From: a virus
Direction: 5' to 3' (one strand)
DNA length: 64,000 nucleotides
Virus record (IMG/VR): IMGVR_UViG_3300048577_000133
Location: 1-64,000 of that record
Shown here: piece after piece, positions 18,984 to 26,783 of the stretch
Position numbering within the stretch: the stretch's first letter is position 1
Layout of the letters: the number at the start of each line of letters is the position of its first letter
Position numbers and translations under genes: made by a program
Notes under the pieces: generated by a model
Database searches by the model: none
Seen by the model: the letters and a program-made list of their open reading frames with translations, nothing else
What the model was told of the DNA's origin: nothing

Positions 18984-19014
18984 AAAAACCCCAGACTCTT
19001 TTGAATCCAGGGTT
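18984..19014 (-). terminator. Probable terminator
   Basis: Minus strand AACCCTGGATTCAAAAGAGTCTGGGGTT (stem includes G-U pairs) followed by TTTATTTGT. Confidence 0.5.
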
Positions 19015-19101
19015 CTTAATCTGTGTGTGAGCGCTTTTTATGCTTATTTTTATAACTTTTTAGATATAAAAATCTCACTATTAATCTGTTGGCATAAGCG
19101 C

Positions 19102-19365
19102 CTATTTATCAACTTTTACTTTTGCCGGTGGCCTGACAAGTACTCTCTTAACAATCACAAATCGCTCGTCTTCGTAAGTATTACCACGAGAAATTTTATT
19201 GTATATTTTATTGCGAGATTTATCATTGTTGTATTCTTGATTGTGTTGTGAAAAACAATCTATACCAGAATATGGAATGTAATCAACTTTGTTTTTATCA
19301 AACACAATAACAATATTTGTGTTAAACTTTACTTTTTCTTTTTTTTCCGAATTTTCTTTTTCCAT
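19102..19365 (-). CDS. Hypothetical protein (87 aa)
   Basis: ORF directly downstream of a -7 box at 19380-19404. Confidence 0.45.
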   Translation of the reverse strand: MEKENSEKKEKVKFNTNIVIVFDKNKVDYIPYSGIDCFSQHNQEYNNDKSRNKIYNKISRGNTYEDERFVIVKRVLVRPPAKVKVDK

Positions 19366-19379
19366 GATTTTAAAATTTT

Positions 19380-19404
19380 CACAAATATAATGCTTATTGT
19401 TGTA
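19380..19404 (-). promoter_or_regulatory. Promoter (-7 TATATTTG, weaker extended motif)
   Basis: cacaaatataatgcttattgttgta. Confidence 0.5.
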
Positions 19405-19407
19405 TTG

Positions 19408-19977
19408 TTAATCTTTGTACTCCCATTTAAAGCCCCCGGCAGACTTTCTTTTTCCTAAGCATACCTTCTGAATAGAACTAAAGTCAACACCTGTTTCCCT
19501 AAATGCTTCAGTTGTAGAGCCGTAATTTGCAATCAATTCGCCGTTAATCGTGAGTTGATTTACAGATTTACTATTCCAATTATACGATCCTGTTTTGTCA
19601 CTATTTATTGTAGTCCGATCAAACTTTAGTTCGTTTGTTAAATGATCAATGTTTTCCTGATGCGTACACCATTCAAGATTATCTGAACAACAATTCAATT
19701 TATTACCGTCTTTGTGATTACCTTCTGGTAAGTTATTTTGATTTTTCTTAAAAGCAATCAAAACAAGTCGGTGTATCAACATGTTTTTTCTGCATCCATT
19801 GAGTAAGTTAACAAATAAATAACCAGAATTATTTACATTTGGTATTAGTACTTTACCTTTAAAAAATCTGCGTTTACCATCCTTTGAAATAATAACCCGG
19901 TCAAGTGATCTAACTCTTCCTAAATTACTGACTTGATAAAATTTTTCGTATCCTGCTATATCTTTCCAAATTTCCAT
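19408..19977 (-). CDS. HNH homing endonuclease with NUMOD4 N-terminus
   Basis: MEIWKDIAGYEKFYQVSNLGRVRSL (NUMOD4) and GNHKDGNKLNCCSDNLEWCTHQEN (HNH_3). Confidence 0.85.
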   Translation of the reverse strand: MEIWKDIAGYEKFYQVSNLGRVRSLDRVIISKDGKRRFFKGKVLIPNVNNSGYLFVNLLNGCRKNMLIHRLVLIAFKKNQNNLPEGNHKDGNKLNCCSDNLEWCTHQENIDHLTNELKFDRTTINSDKTGSYNWNSKSVNQLTINGELIANYGSTTEAFRETGVDFSSIQKVCLGKRKSAGGFKWEYKD

Positions 19978-20109
19978 TATATTACACTTGCTTTTTTGTA
20001 CAAAATGTTTTATTGTTTATTTTAAATATTTGTCTTAGAACTTATTTTAAGTAAAGTAGATCAATTTTAATTAAATACCTGTAAATCAATACTAAACATT
20101 ACTTTGTAT

Positions 20110-20298
20110 TTATTTCTGACTTTCAACGCTATCACTTTCAACGCTTTTATGTTCATTTATGCCATTATTGCAGCTTTTTTTGCTAAAAATAGCCTCAAAA
20201 ATCCACATAACGCATAGACAAAAAAAAATAAATAAGAACCCATATCCGAACAACCTCGACCCGGTTTGATGATCTAAAAAATTAAAAAGTGTTTCCAT
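20110..20298 (-). CDS. Small membrane protein (62 aa)
   Basis: TM segment FGYGFLFIFFCLCVMWIF. Confidence 0.4.
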   Translation of the reverse strand: METLFNFLDHQTGSRLFGYGFLFIFFCLCVMWIFEAIFSKKSCNNGINEHKSVESDSVESQK

Positions 20299-20597
20299 TA
20301 CAAGTATAAAAATTTGTGTATTTCTGCCATTCTCATTTTAAACTTGTGTTTCCGGATCAATGCCTCTTTACTGATTTGTTCATCATGAGCATCATCATGA
20401 CACACCCGGCAAAGGCCAATCAGGTTTTCAATGTAGTCTTTCTCATCTGAACCTCCCATACCTTTGTTATCGATGTGATGTACATCAATAATGATTCTTT
20501 TCTCGCAATACTCGCACTTCCTGGGTTCGTACTCCCCCGTTTCCGGGCTATATGCAATGTCAAAGAAATCAAGATATATTTTAGTGTGCCGCTCCAT
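20298..20597 (-). CDS. HNH endonuclease-like protein (99 aa)
   Basis: CEYC...DVHHIDNKG...CRVCHDDAH. Confidence 0.7.
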   Translation of the reverse strand: MERHTKIYLDFFDIAYSPETGEYEPRKCEYCEKRIIIDVHHIDNKGMGGSDEKDYIENLIGLCRVCHDDAHDEQISKEALIRKHKFKMRMAEIHKFLYL

Positions 20598-20969
20598 TTA
20601 CACCGTCTCAAAATAGAACTTTACTCCTTTTCCTGTTTCTACAACAAGTTCGTACTTGCTGCAAAATTTATACTGTGTAGAGTAATTTTTAAGAGAATTG
20701 AGCATAGTTTCAATATTCTGTCTAAATGCCTCAATTGACATTGAGTTTTTAATGATATTACAACTTGGACAACTTGGATTGTAATTTTCTAAAATTTCTC
20801 GTTCTGGATGTTCACACTTCGATTTATCTTTTAAATCACGAACTATTGGTTCAATATGGTCAACGTGCCAACCTTTTTTAAGTTCACACCCACAATAAGC
20901 ACACTTTCCACCATACTTTTCAAAAACAGTGATCCTGTCTCTTTTTGTAATTCTACTGTTTTGCTCCAT
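20598..20969 (-). CDS. HNH endonuclease (123 aa)
   Basis: CAYCGCEL...HVDHIEP...NPSCPSCNIIKN. Confidence 0.75.
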   Translation of the reverse strand: MEQNSRITKRDRITVFEKYGGKCAYCGCELKKGWHVDHIEPIVRDLKDKSKCEHPEREILENYNPSCPSCNIIKNSMSIEAFRQNIETMLNSLKNYSTQYKFCSKYELVVETGKGVKFYFETV

Positions 20970-21250
20970 TAAAAAATCATATGACGTTCAATACTGCACA
21001 ACTTTTCTTCTGCGAATATTTCTTTAATTGCTGTTTTTGCCTTTCTTCTTGATGAATAACAAGACAAAATTTGTCCTTCAATTGAAAGTACTATGTAAAT
21101 ATATCTTCTCATACCGAATGTTTGTAGTCCATGATAATTAAGTATTTTGTTATTAATAAGTTTCTAAAAGAACTAAGCCATAACTTTGGCTATCTGCAAG
21201 CCCGGCTTGGTTGGGTTTTCGATTTCATTCATTCCGTTTAAAATTTAAAT

Positions 21251-21523
21251 TTACTTGACCAATACGGTCTTTCTTCCATCCCATTGACCTAAATCTAAAA
21301 GGACTGTAATTGCTTCAGCTTTTTCAAATACTTTGTCTTTATTTGAAACGAAGCCAGATACACGAACTGCAATCTTTCCTTTCTTCATTGATTTGCCATC
21401 GCTTTTAAGTTCCCACTTAAAAATACCAATAGAAAATGTTTTATTCCAACCTTTTAATATTTCAATTTCGTTGTCATAATCGTGCTTTCCTACAAACTGA
21501 ACATCTTTTGAATTATACATCAC
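21251..21523 (-). CDS. Hypothetical protein (90 aa)
   Basis: ORF in the operon; no motif recognised. Confidence 0.5.
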   Translation of the reverse strand: MMYNSKDVQFVGKHDYDNEIEILKGWNKTFSIGIFKWELKSDGKSMKKGKIAVRVSGFVSNKDKVFEKAEAITVLLDLGQWDGRKTVLVK

Positions 21524-21529
21524 ACTAAA

Positions 21530-21721
21530 TTATTTGTTATTAAATAACTTTAAACATTTTTTACAGGTTACTTTGTCAAAATCATACGTCATACGCTTTG
21601 TTTCTTCTTCCTGTTTGTCAAACCAATATCCACATTTTGTTGAGAAAAGTTCTTTTTTATTAAATTCCGGATTTTGCTCCCTGAAGAAAAACATGTTTTC
21701 TCCTTTTAAATGAACTGTCAT
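21530..21721 (-). CDS. Hypothetical small Cys-containing protein (63 aa)
   Basis: TAATG overlap with the methyltransferase stop. Confidence 0.45.
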   Translation of the reverse strand: MTVHLKGENMFFFREQNPEFNKKELFSTKCGYWFDKQEEETKRMTYDFDKVTCKKCLKLFNNK

Positions 21722-23472
21722 TATACGGCCACCTTTCTAAAGTACATTTCAATACCCCTGGTATTACTCTCCGTAAGTGCTTTTGCCACATCAGGAACCA
21801 CCGCATTACCGATAAATTTCTTTTGCTCTGTTTGCGTTCCTTCAAGCTTATAACCTTTCGGAAATCCCTGGATACTCAACAGTTCTTTGATGTACAGCAT
21901 TCTCATTTTAATGTCGCTAATCCCGTACGCAAGCATGAAAATTCTGATCTTCTTCATGATCTCACTTTCCTTCTCAAAAATTGGCATAGCAAAAAAGTTT
22001 GAAGTAATGGCCGTAGCTTTATACATAGGTGATTTATCTTGCCTTGCAATAATTACTGGAGAAGGCTTATCAATACTTGAAATACATCCAGCCCATGAAG
22101 GATTAATTAAATAGTGCCATTTTCTATTTGCTGTAATAACACCTAACGGTTGATCTATCCTTTGACCTACATTACTGAAATTGGTGTCCATAATCCATTT
22201 ACTTGCAGTAACCAAATTCTGTTTAGGGTTTGCCGTTATCGTATTGGCCGGATTGTCGATACTTACCGGTTTTGAATTGCCAAATTGCTGGTCAAGAAAA
22301 TTGACTGTTGTAAGCCTCTGTTTTGGGACTCCTGTAAGCGTTGGATTTGGTTGCTCAATACTTCCTAGCTGGCCACCTCCAGTGTAGTAGCTTTGCATAA
22401 ACTGAGCTTCAACCTTCGTAAACCGGTCTTTTGTGCTGACTGTTGGGCATGGGTTTTCAATTGAATGAACATTCTTACCCGTTGAGTAATGAGCGGCCAA
22501 AAATACTGATTTAACAGCAGCAAATCTATTACTCGTTGTAATAACACCAACTGGCTCATTTACCGACCTTACCCTATTTTTGTCATTACCGCTATTGTAT
22601 TGCATAGTAAACAAGTCTTCCCCACCGGCAACAAACTTAACCAACCCGGCATATACGCGCTCATGTGTCTTTTCGGCCCTCTTCTTTATGAAGATGCTTT
22701 TGCCTTCATCTTCCAAATCCAGAACGTCACGAACAGCCTTCCACGGATTCAATCCATTACGGCCACTCTTGTCATGCGTTGGCTTTGGCCACTTTATAGG
22801 CAATCCGTCCTTTGCAAATACCCCGAAATATCTTTCACGGCTGGTATATGCCCCGAAATCAGCCGCGTTAAGTAACCTATAGTCGTGATCGTAACCGTAG
22901 CTCTTTACCGTATTAATCCAACTTACGTAATCGCATCCATTCATTTTTGAAATTGGCCTTCCATTTTCATCAAGCGGCCCCCAGCTCATAAATTCACGAA
23001 CGTTTTCAATGTAAATGTAATCAGGACAAAGTTCTTCAATGTACATGAATAGAGCATGTGCCAATGTCCGGCTATCAGCATCGCGTGGTAAACCTCCCTT
23101 AGCTTTTGAGTAATTGGTACACTCCAAAGAAGCCCAAAGGTTAATAATGCAGCCAGGAAATTGCCTCCTTAACTCATTGACTAACTTTTTCAGCTCAATA
23201 ACTACTTTGAAGTTCCGAACATCTTCAACAAAATGTAGGCAATTCGGATGATTACCGTAATGACTCAACAAGGCGTTGTAGTCGTGATTAACACATGCAA
23301 CTACTTTTGTATTCTTCAACTTAGCTAAATGAATACCGGTTGTCGTTCCACCGGCCCCAGAAAAAAGATCGATCCAGAAAACCATTCGGCCATTCGTTTC
23401 ATCATAGTTGCTTTTCAAATGCAACATCATTGGCTCAATCTGAATCTTTTCAAAAATGTGTTGTGGTTTCAT
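21721..23472 (-). CDS. DNA (cytosine-5)-methyltransferase with six tandem TRD-like repeats
   Basis: Motif I DLFSGAGG, motif IV SLECTNYS (Cys kept, Pro replaced), motif VI ENV, SRERYF, QGFP and GNAV. Between VIII and IX lie six roughly 33-aa repeats of S-I-D/E-x-P-x-x-T/V-I-T type. Confidence 0.85.
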   Translation of the reverse strand: MKPQHIFEKIQIEPMMLHLKSNYDETNGRMVFWIDLFSGAGGTTTGIHLAKLKNTKVVACVNHDYNALLSHYGNHPNCLHFVEDVRNFKVVIELKKLVNELRRQFPGCIINLWASLECTNYSKAKGGLPRDADSRTLAHALFMYIEELCPDYIYIENVREFMSWGPLDENGRPISKMNGCDYVSWINTVKSYGYDHDYRLLNAADFGAYTSRERYFGVFAKDGLPIKWPKPTHDKSGRNGLNPWKAVRDVLDLEDEGKSIFIKKRAEKTHERVYAGLVKFVAGGEDLFTMQYNSGNDKNRVRSVNEPVGVITTSNRFAAVKSVFLAAHYSTGKNVHSIENPCPTVSTKDRFTKVEAQFMQSYYTGGGQLGSIEQPNPTLTGVPKQRLTTVNFLDQQFGNSKPVSIDNPANTITANPKQNLVTASKWIMDTNFSNVGQRIDQPLGVITANRKWHYLINPSWAGCISSIDKPSPVIIARQDKSPMYKATAITSNFFAMPIFEKESEIMKKIRIFMLAYGISDIKMRMLYIKELLSIQGFPKGYKLEGTQTEQKKFIGNAVVPDVAKALTESNTRGIEMYFRKVAV

Positions 23473-23516
23473 GCCAATTTACCTCCAAACTTGTGTATGT
23501 TTAAGTATTATTTTAT

Positions 23517-23541
23517 GCAAATATAAATACTATTTTTGTAA
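23517..23541 (-). promoter_or_regulatory. Extended early/middle promoter motif copy
   Basis: gcaaatataaatactatttttgtaa, about 45 nt upstream of ATG 23472. Confidence 0.75.
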
Positions 23542-23556
23542 ATAAAAATGAATAGC

Positions 23557-23589
23557 AAAAAAAATACCCAGTTAATTACAACTGGGTAT
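23557..23589 (-). terminator. Rho-independent terminator
   Basis: Minus strand ATACCCAGTTGTAATTAACTGGGTAT followed by TTTTTTTT. Confidence 0.8.
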
Positions 23590-23616
23590 TGAGAAAACAA
23601 TTTACTTGACAAAATA

Positions 23617-24042
23617 TTAAACACACCTAAGACCATCTCGGGGAAATCTGTAAACAATACAAGCAACTTTTTTAAATTTTAGGTTTTCAACGTGCTTATA
23701 TTTATTACATTTTTGAATCCAATAATTATTAAATTTTGTTATTTCGGTAGTATTTAATAATGCAGTTATCTTCTTTAAGTAAGTAGGTTGAGTAACAAGA
23801 CTGAACATCTGCACTTCAACGCCACCTCCTTTCTGATAAATAAATGCGAAACCCGGCAACGTGTTTTTTACTTCTTTATTGATGCTGTAACTATCCTGAG
23901 CCATTATAGCAACAGGTGCCACATTCACCAAATCAATAACAAAACTTACCTAATTGGTATTTGCTGCTTTTACCTGTTGGCCAGGTGGCCAAAAAGCAAC
24001 CATCACGATAGAAAAAATACACAATACAATAAACTTTTTCAT
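23617..24042 (-). CDS. Small secreted-protein ORF interrupted by one in-frame TAG (23950-23952)
   Basis: ATG 24042 gives MKKFIVLCIFSIVMVAFWPPGQQVKAANTN, then TAG, then the same frame continues into track ORF 23617..23931 (which has a TTG start). Confidence 0.45.
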
Positions 24043-24101
24043 GTAATGAATTTTAAAAGTTAAACAATAATTATTCAATGAAGTTCCTATAATTGAATTT
24101 T

Positions 24102-24674
24102 TTACTTACTATAAATCCTTTTAATTAAAGATTTTATTCTGGTAACAAATGGTGATTTGTTGAAATAAATGATCACAAAAACAACTAATGCCAATATTCC
24201 AAAAATCCACGGCAATCGGTTTGGCGACGGCTTTGACTTCTCAACAGAATTAACCGACACATTTGATTTTTCTTTCCCTATCTGTTCTGATTTCTGATCT
24301 TTTTTTGCTTCAGATTTCCCTTTATCGGTTTTTTTTGCTTTTGTTTCACGCTTAGTCTTATCTGAATCATGCTTTTCTGTTGAAGTTTCTGTTTCAGACT
24401 TAATAGCACCCTTTTCTTTTCCTGAACCTGGTTCAGGTGGATAGTACTCTGTTGTTTTAGTGTTTATCGTATAATCAGAATTTTTATCATTCTGAATGTT
24501 GTCCGTCGATTCAGTTGTTTTGTCTTTTTGCTCACTGTCTGAAGATTTAACTTCGTCAATTTTTGTAAACTCTGTTTTAGTTGCCGTATCAATATCCGTC
24601 TTAATTGATTTTTTCTGAAGCGAGCACCCGGATATTAAAAATAGCAATGCAATTAAAATTTGTAGTGATTTCAT
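24102..24674 (-). CDS. Lipoprotein with C-terminal TM anchor (u-spanin-like topology, 190 aa)
   Basis: Lipobox LISGC at residues 14-18, a K/E/S/T-rich low-complexity middle, and C-terminal TM LPWIFGILALVVFVIIYF. Confidence 0.55.
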   Translation of the reverse strand: MKSLQILIALLFLISGCSLQKKSIKTDIDTATKTEFTKIDEVKSSDSEQKDKTTESTDNIQNDKNSDYTINTKTTEYYPPEPGSGKEKGAIKSETETSTEKHDSDKTKRETKAKKTDKGKSEAKKDQKSEQIGKEKSNVSVNSVEKSKPSPNRLPWIFGILALVVFVIIYFNKSPFVTRIKSLIKRIYSK

Positions 24675-24904
24675 TTTTCTAACTCCTTATTATTTTTAAT
24701 TTGACTAAACCATTCAGGTATTGTTAAACCAGCCAGACCAAAAGCCAGACCGGCAATGGTATAAAGAACTATTTCGTTTATTCCTGGTTGTGTTATTGCT
24801 TTGCTTAGCATTAATAAACACCAGTAAAAGCCAAGGCGTTTTGATGAAATACTTCCCGCTCTATCTTCAACAGCAGAAGCAAGCCACTTTATTAATTTTC
24901 TCAT
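24671..24904 (-). CDS. Small two-TM membrane protein (77 aa)
   Basis: TM segments LGFYWCLLMLS and IVLYTIAGLAFGLAGL. Coupled to the lipoprotein gene. Confidence 0.5.
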   Translation of the reverse strand: MRKLIKWLASAVEDRAGSISSKRLGFYWCLLMLSKAITQPGINEIVLYTIAGLAFGLAGLTIPEWFSQIKNNKELEK

Positions 24905-24953
24905 TTTCCTATTTTAATTATTATTTTGCAACTGATAGGATTGTCAATAAACT

Positions 24954-24981
24954 AAAAAACCCGAACTATATAGTCCGGGTT
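24954..24981 (-). terminator. Rho-independent terminator
   Basis: Minus strand AACCCGGACTATATAGTTCGGGTT followed by TTTTTAGTTT. Confidence 0.75.
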
Positions 24982-25003
24982 CTGATTAACTTATACGTTA
25001 ACT

Positions 25004-25942
25004 TTACTTTGTCACTCGTTGATAGTCAAATATAATAACACGTTCTGGATTCTTTACCTCAGTAGGAGAACCCTTTCTATTACGAATCGAAAACAACAAT
25101 TTAAAAAAATCATTTGAAGGGTATTTTGTACAAAGCATTTCAATTTCTTCATCAGTAAATTTAAATTCCTTTTTCAAAATAATTCTCATTCGTTCCTGAT
25201 CTTCAGAGCTGTTAACTGGAGGAATTTCTACAACTTCATTTTGTTCTGCTTCAACAATCGATACAATCATGAATTTAACCGAAACAATATTTCGGCCCAC
25301 CTTTATAGGCTGATAGTCTATTTTGATTCCAGTCTTTTCATTTATCGTTTGTTTTGATGGTTCCAAAACACGCTTTTTAAAGTCATTGAATTCTGAATAT
25401 TTCCCTGGGTGAATCATCATTCTTGAACGAAGATCCTCAATGCTTAAAACAATAGTTTTTACCCGTTTATTCTTGATCTGACAAATTAAATCCCAAATTT
25501 CATGTACATATACGCTTTGAAATATGGAACTGCTTAAAAGCTGTTTAGTGTATTGTTTGCCATGAAGTTTGACAAAATGATTTTTTGCCATGTTGGTAAG
25601 GTAAAACCGAACACCCATGTTGTTGTGTAGAAAAACAGTCTCTCCTATCAAGCTGTCAATACTCAAACCTTCGCTGGCAATGTCAACAACCTCAATAGAT
25701 TTCATTGTTCGAAATACCTGCCTGAATTGTTCAAAATTGGTCACTGTTATACCCATAAGCTCCGATATTTCCCGAAGCTGAAAATCTATAAAATCAATAT
25801 CACTATTCAGCTTAATCTTTGTCAGGATAACATTCAAAACGTTTCGTTGGGCCGCTGTCAAATGCTTTGGACTATTTATATAATCGTTACTTTTCGCAAT
25901 GTAACGTTTTGGTTTTGGTGTGTCTAGTGTTTGTGCTTCCAT
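25004..25942 (-). CDS. Rep_3-family plasmid replication initiator
   Basis: YIAKSNDYINSPKHLTAAQRNVLNVILTKI and YSEFNDFKKRVLEPSKQTINEKTGIKIDYQPIKVGRNIVSVKF match the Rep_3 (PF01051) pattern. Iterons lie upstream. Start taken at ATG 25942. Confidence 0.85.
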   Translation of the reverse strand: MEAQTLDTPKPKRYIAKSNDYINSPKHLTAAQRNVLNVILTKIKLNSDIDFIDFQLREISELMGITVTNFEQFRQVFRTMKSIEVVDIASEGLSIDSLIGETVFLHNNMGVRFYLTNMAKNHFVKLHGKQYTKQLLSSSIFQSVYVHEIWDLICQIKNKRVKTIVLSIEDLRSRMMIHPGKYSEFNDFKKRVLEPSKQTINEKTGIKIDYQPIKVGRNIVSVKFMIVSIVEAEQNEVVEIPPVNSSEDQERMRIILKKEFKFTDEEIEMLCTKYPSNDFFKLLFSIRNRKGSPTEVKNPERVIIFDYQRVTK

Positions 25943-25996
25943 GAGTGTAATTTTAACAAATACATTTCTAATAATCAATTGTATTTTATTAACATG

Positions 25997-26024
25997 CAAC
26001 AAATATGCAATTACAATTTTGTGA
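25997..26024 (-). promoter_or_regulatory. Degenerate copy of the promoter motif upstream of rep
   Basis: caacaaatatgcaattacaattttgtga. Confidence 0.4.
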
Positions 26025-26074
26025 TTATTCTCTTTTTTCTCTTACCAATCGGGCAATTCAAAGAATTTAAATCA

Positions 26075-26341
26075 ATGTAAAGTGTCCGGCCATTTATGTA
26101 TTCTGTCCGGCTATTATTTTGTTAATTATACTTATTTATTTTATTTTGTCTTAAAAATCAACGTTTTGAGAAATAAAAAAAGATATTAACAAGTTAAAAA
26201 TCATGTAAAAATGGTGTTTATGTAGATTGTCCGGTTTCGCATGTAAAATGTCCGCTCTTCGCATGTAAAGTGTCCGGTTGTCAAATGTAATCCGTCCGGC
26301 TATTAATGTAAATTGTCCGGTTATTAATGTAAATTGTCCGG
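26075..26341. repeat. Iteron array (8 copies of ATGTAAAnTGTCCGG) flanking an AT-rich segment: putative oriV
   Basis: Copies start at 26075, 26096, 26220, 26241, 26263, 26285, 26306 and 26327 (21-22 bp phasing). AT-rich stretch at 26111-26219. Confidence 0.85.
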
Positions 26342-26447
26342 TTATGCCCTTTCAGATATTTATAAATCAATCTGTTACGACGCTGAAAATATTATAAAAT
26401 AAAAGAAAATAAGAAAAAAAAGAAATACGGAAAAACCTAAAAACATT

Positions 26448-26771
26448 TTATTTCTGGGTCTTTTTAAACCCCAAAACAGCCTTTTGTAACTCATCCTGAT
26501 CAAGTTTGTTCAAGTAGTCACTAAACGCCTTTTCTGCAATATCTTTTTCTTTTGTCCGTGTGTACCATGCCCAAGCTTCAATTATATCACCTAATTCTGA
26601 GTCCATCAGGAACGTTTTGCGGTAATATCCTTTATCTCCCTTTAGCTTTTTGTTCTCGGATTGTCTTTTAACGCCAAAACTCAAAAAAGAGGCCGTTTCT
26701 GGTTTTGTTTCTTCTGGTTGAATATTGCCGGTAATGAGACTTGATAAGCCTGAAAAGTTTTTCTTTGCCAT
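26448..26771 (-). CDS. Putative RHH centromere-binding partner of ParA (ParG-like, 107 aa)
   Basis: Immediately downstream of parA. YYRKTFLMDSELGDIIEAWAWYTRTKEKDIAEKAFSDYL resembles a ribbon-helix-helix. Confidence 0.5.
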   Translation of the reverse strand: MAKKNFSGLSSLITGNIQPEETKPETASFLSFGVKRQSENKKLKGDKGYYRKTFLMDSELGDIIEAWAWYTRTKEKDIAEKAFSDYLNKLDQDELQKAVLGFKKTQK

Positions 26772-26783
26772 TTCGCCGAATGT

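Noticed and set aside
20969-21232. An 88-codon frame (ATG 21232 to TAA 20969) open except for two TAG codons (21173-21175 and 21164-21166), as a third amber-interrupted gene
   Set aside because: The segment upstream of the TAGs has no recognisable features. A 47-codon ORF from ATG 21112 (MRRYIYIVLSIEGQ...), ending in a TAATG overlap with the next gene, explains the coding signal without recoding.
26075-26341. Regularly spaced repeats as a CRISPR array
   Set aside because: The repeats are only 15 bp with 6-7 bp between them (21-22 bp period), they are degenerate, there are no cas genes, and they sit directly upstream of a Rep_3 gene. They are iterons.
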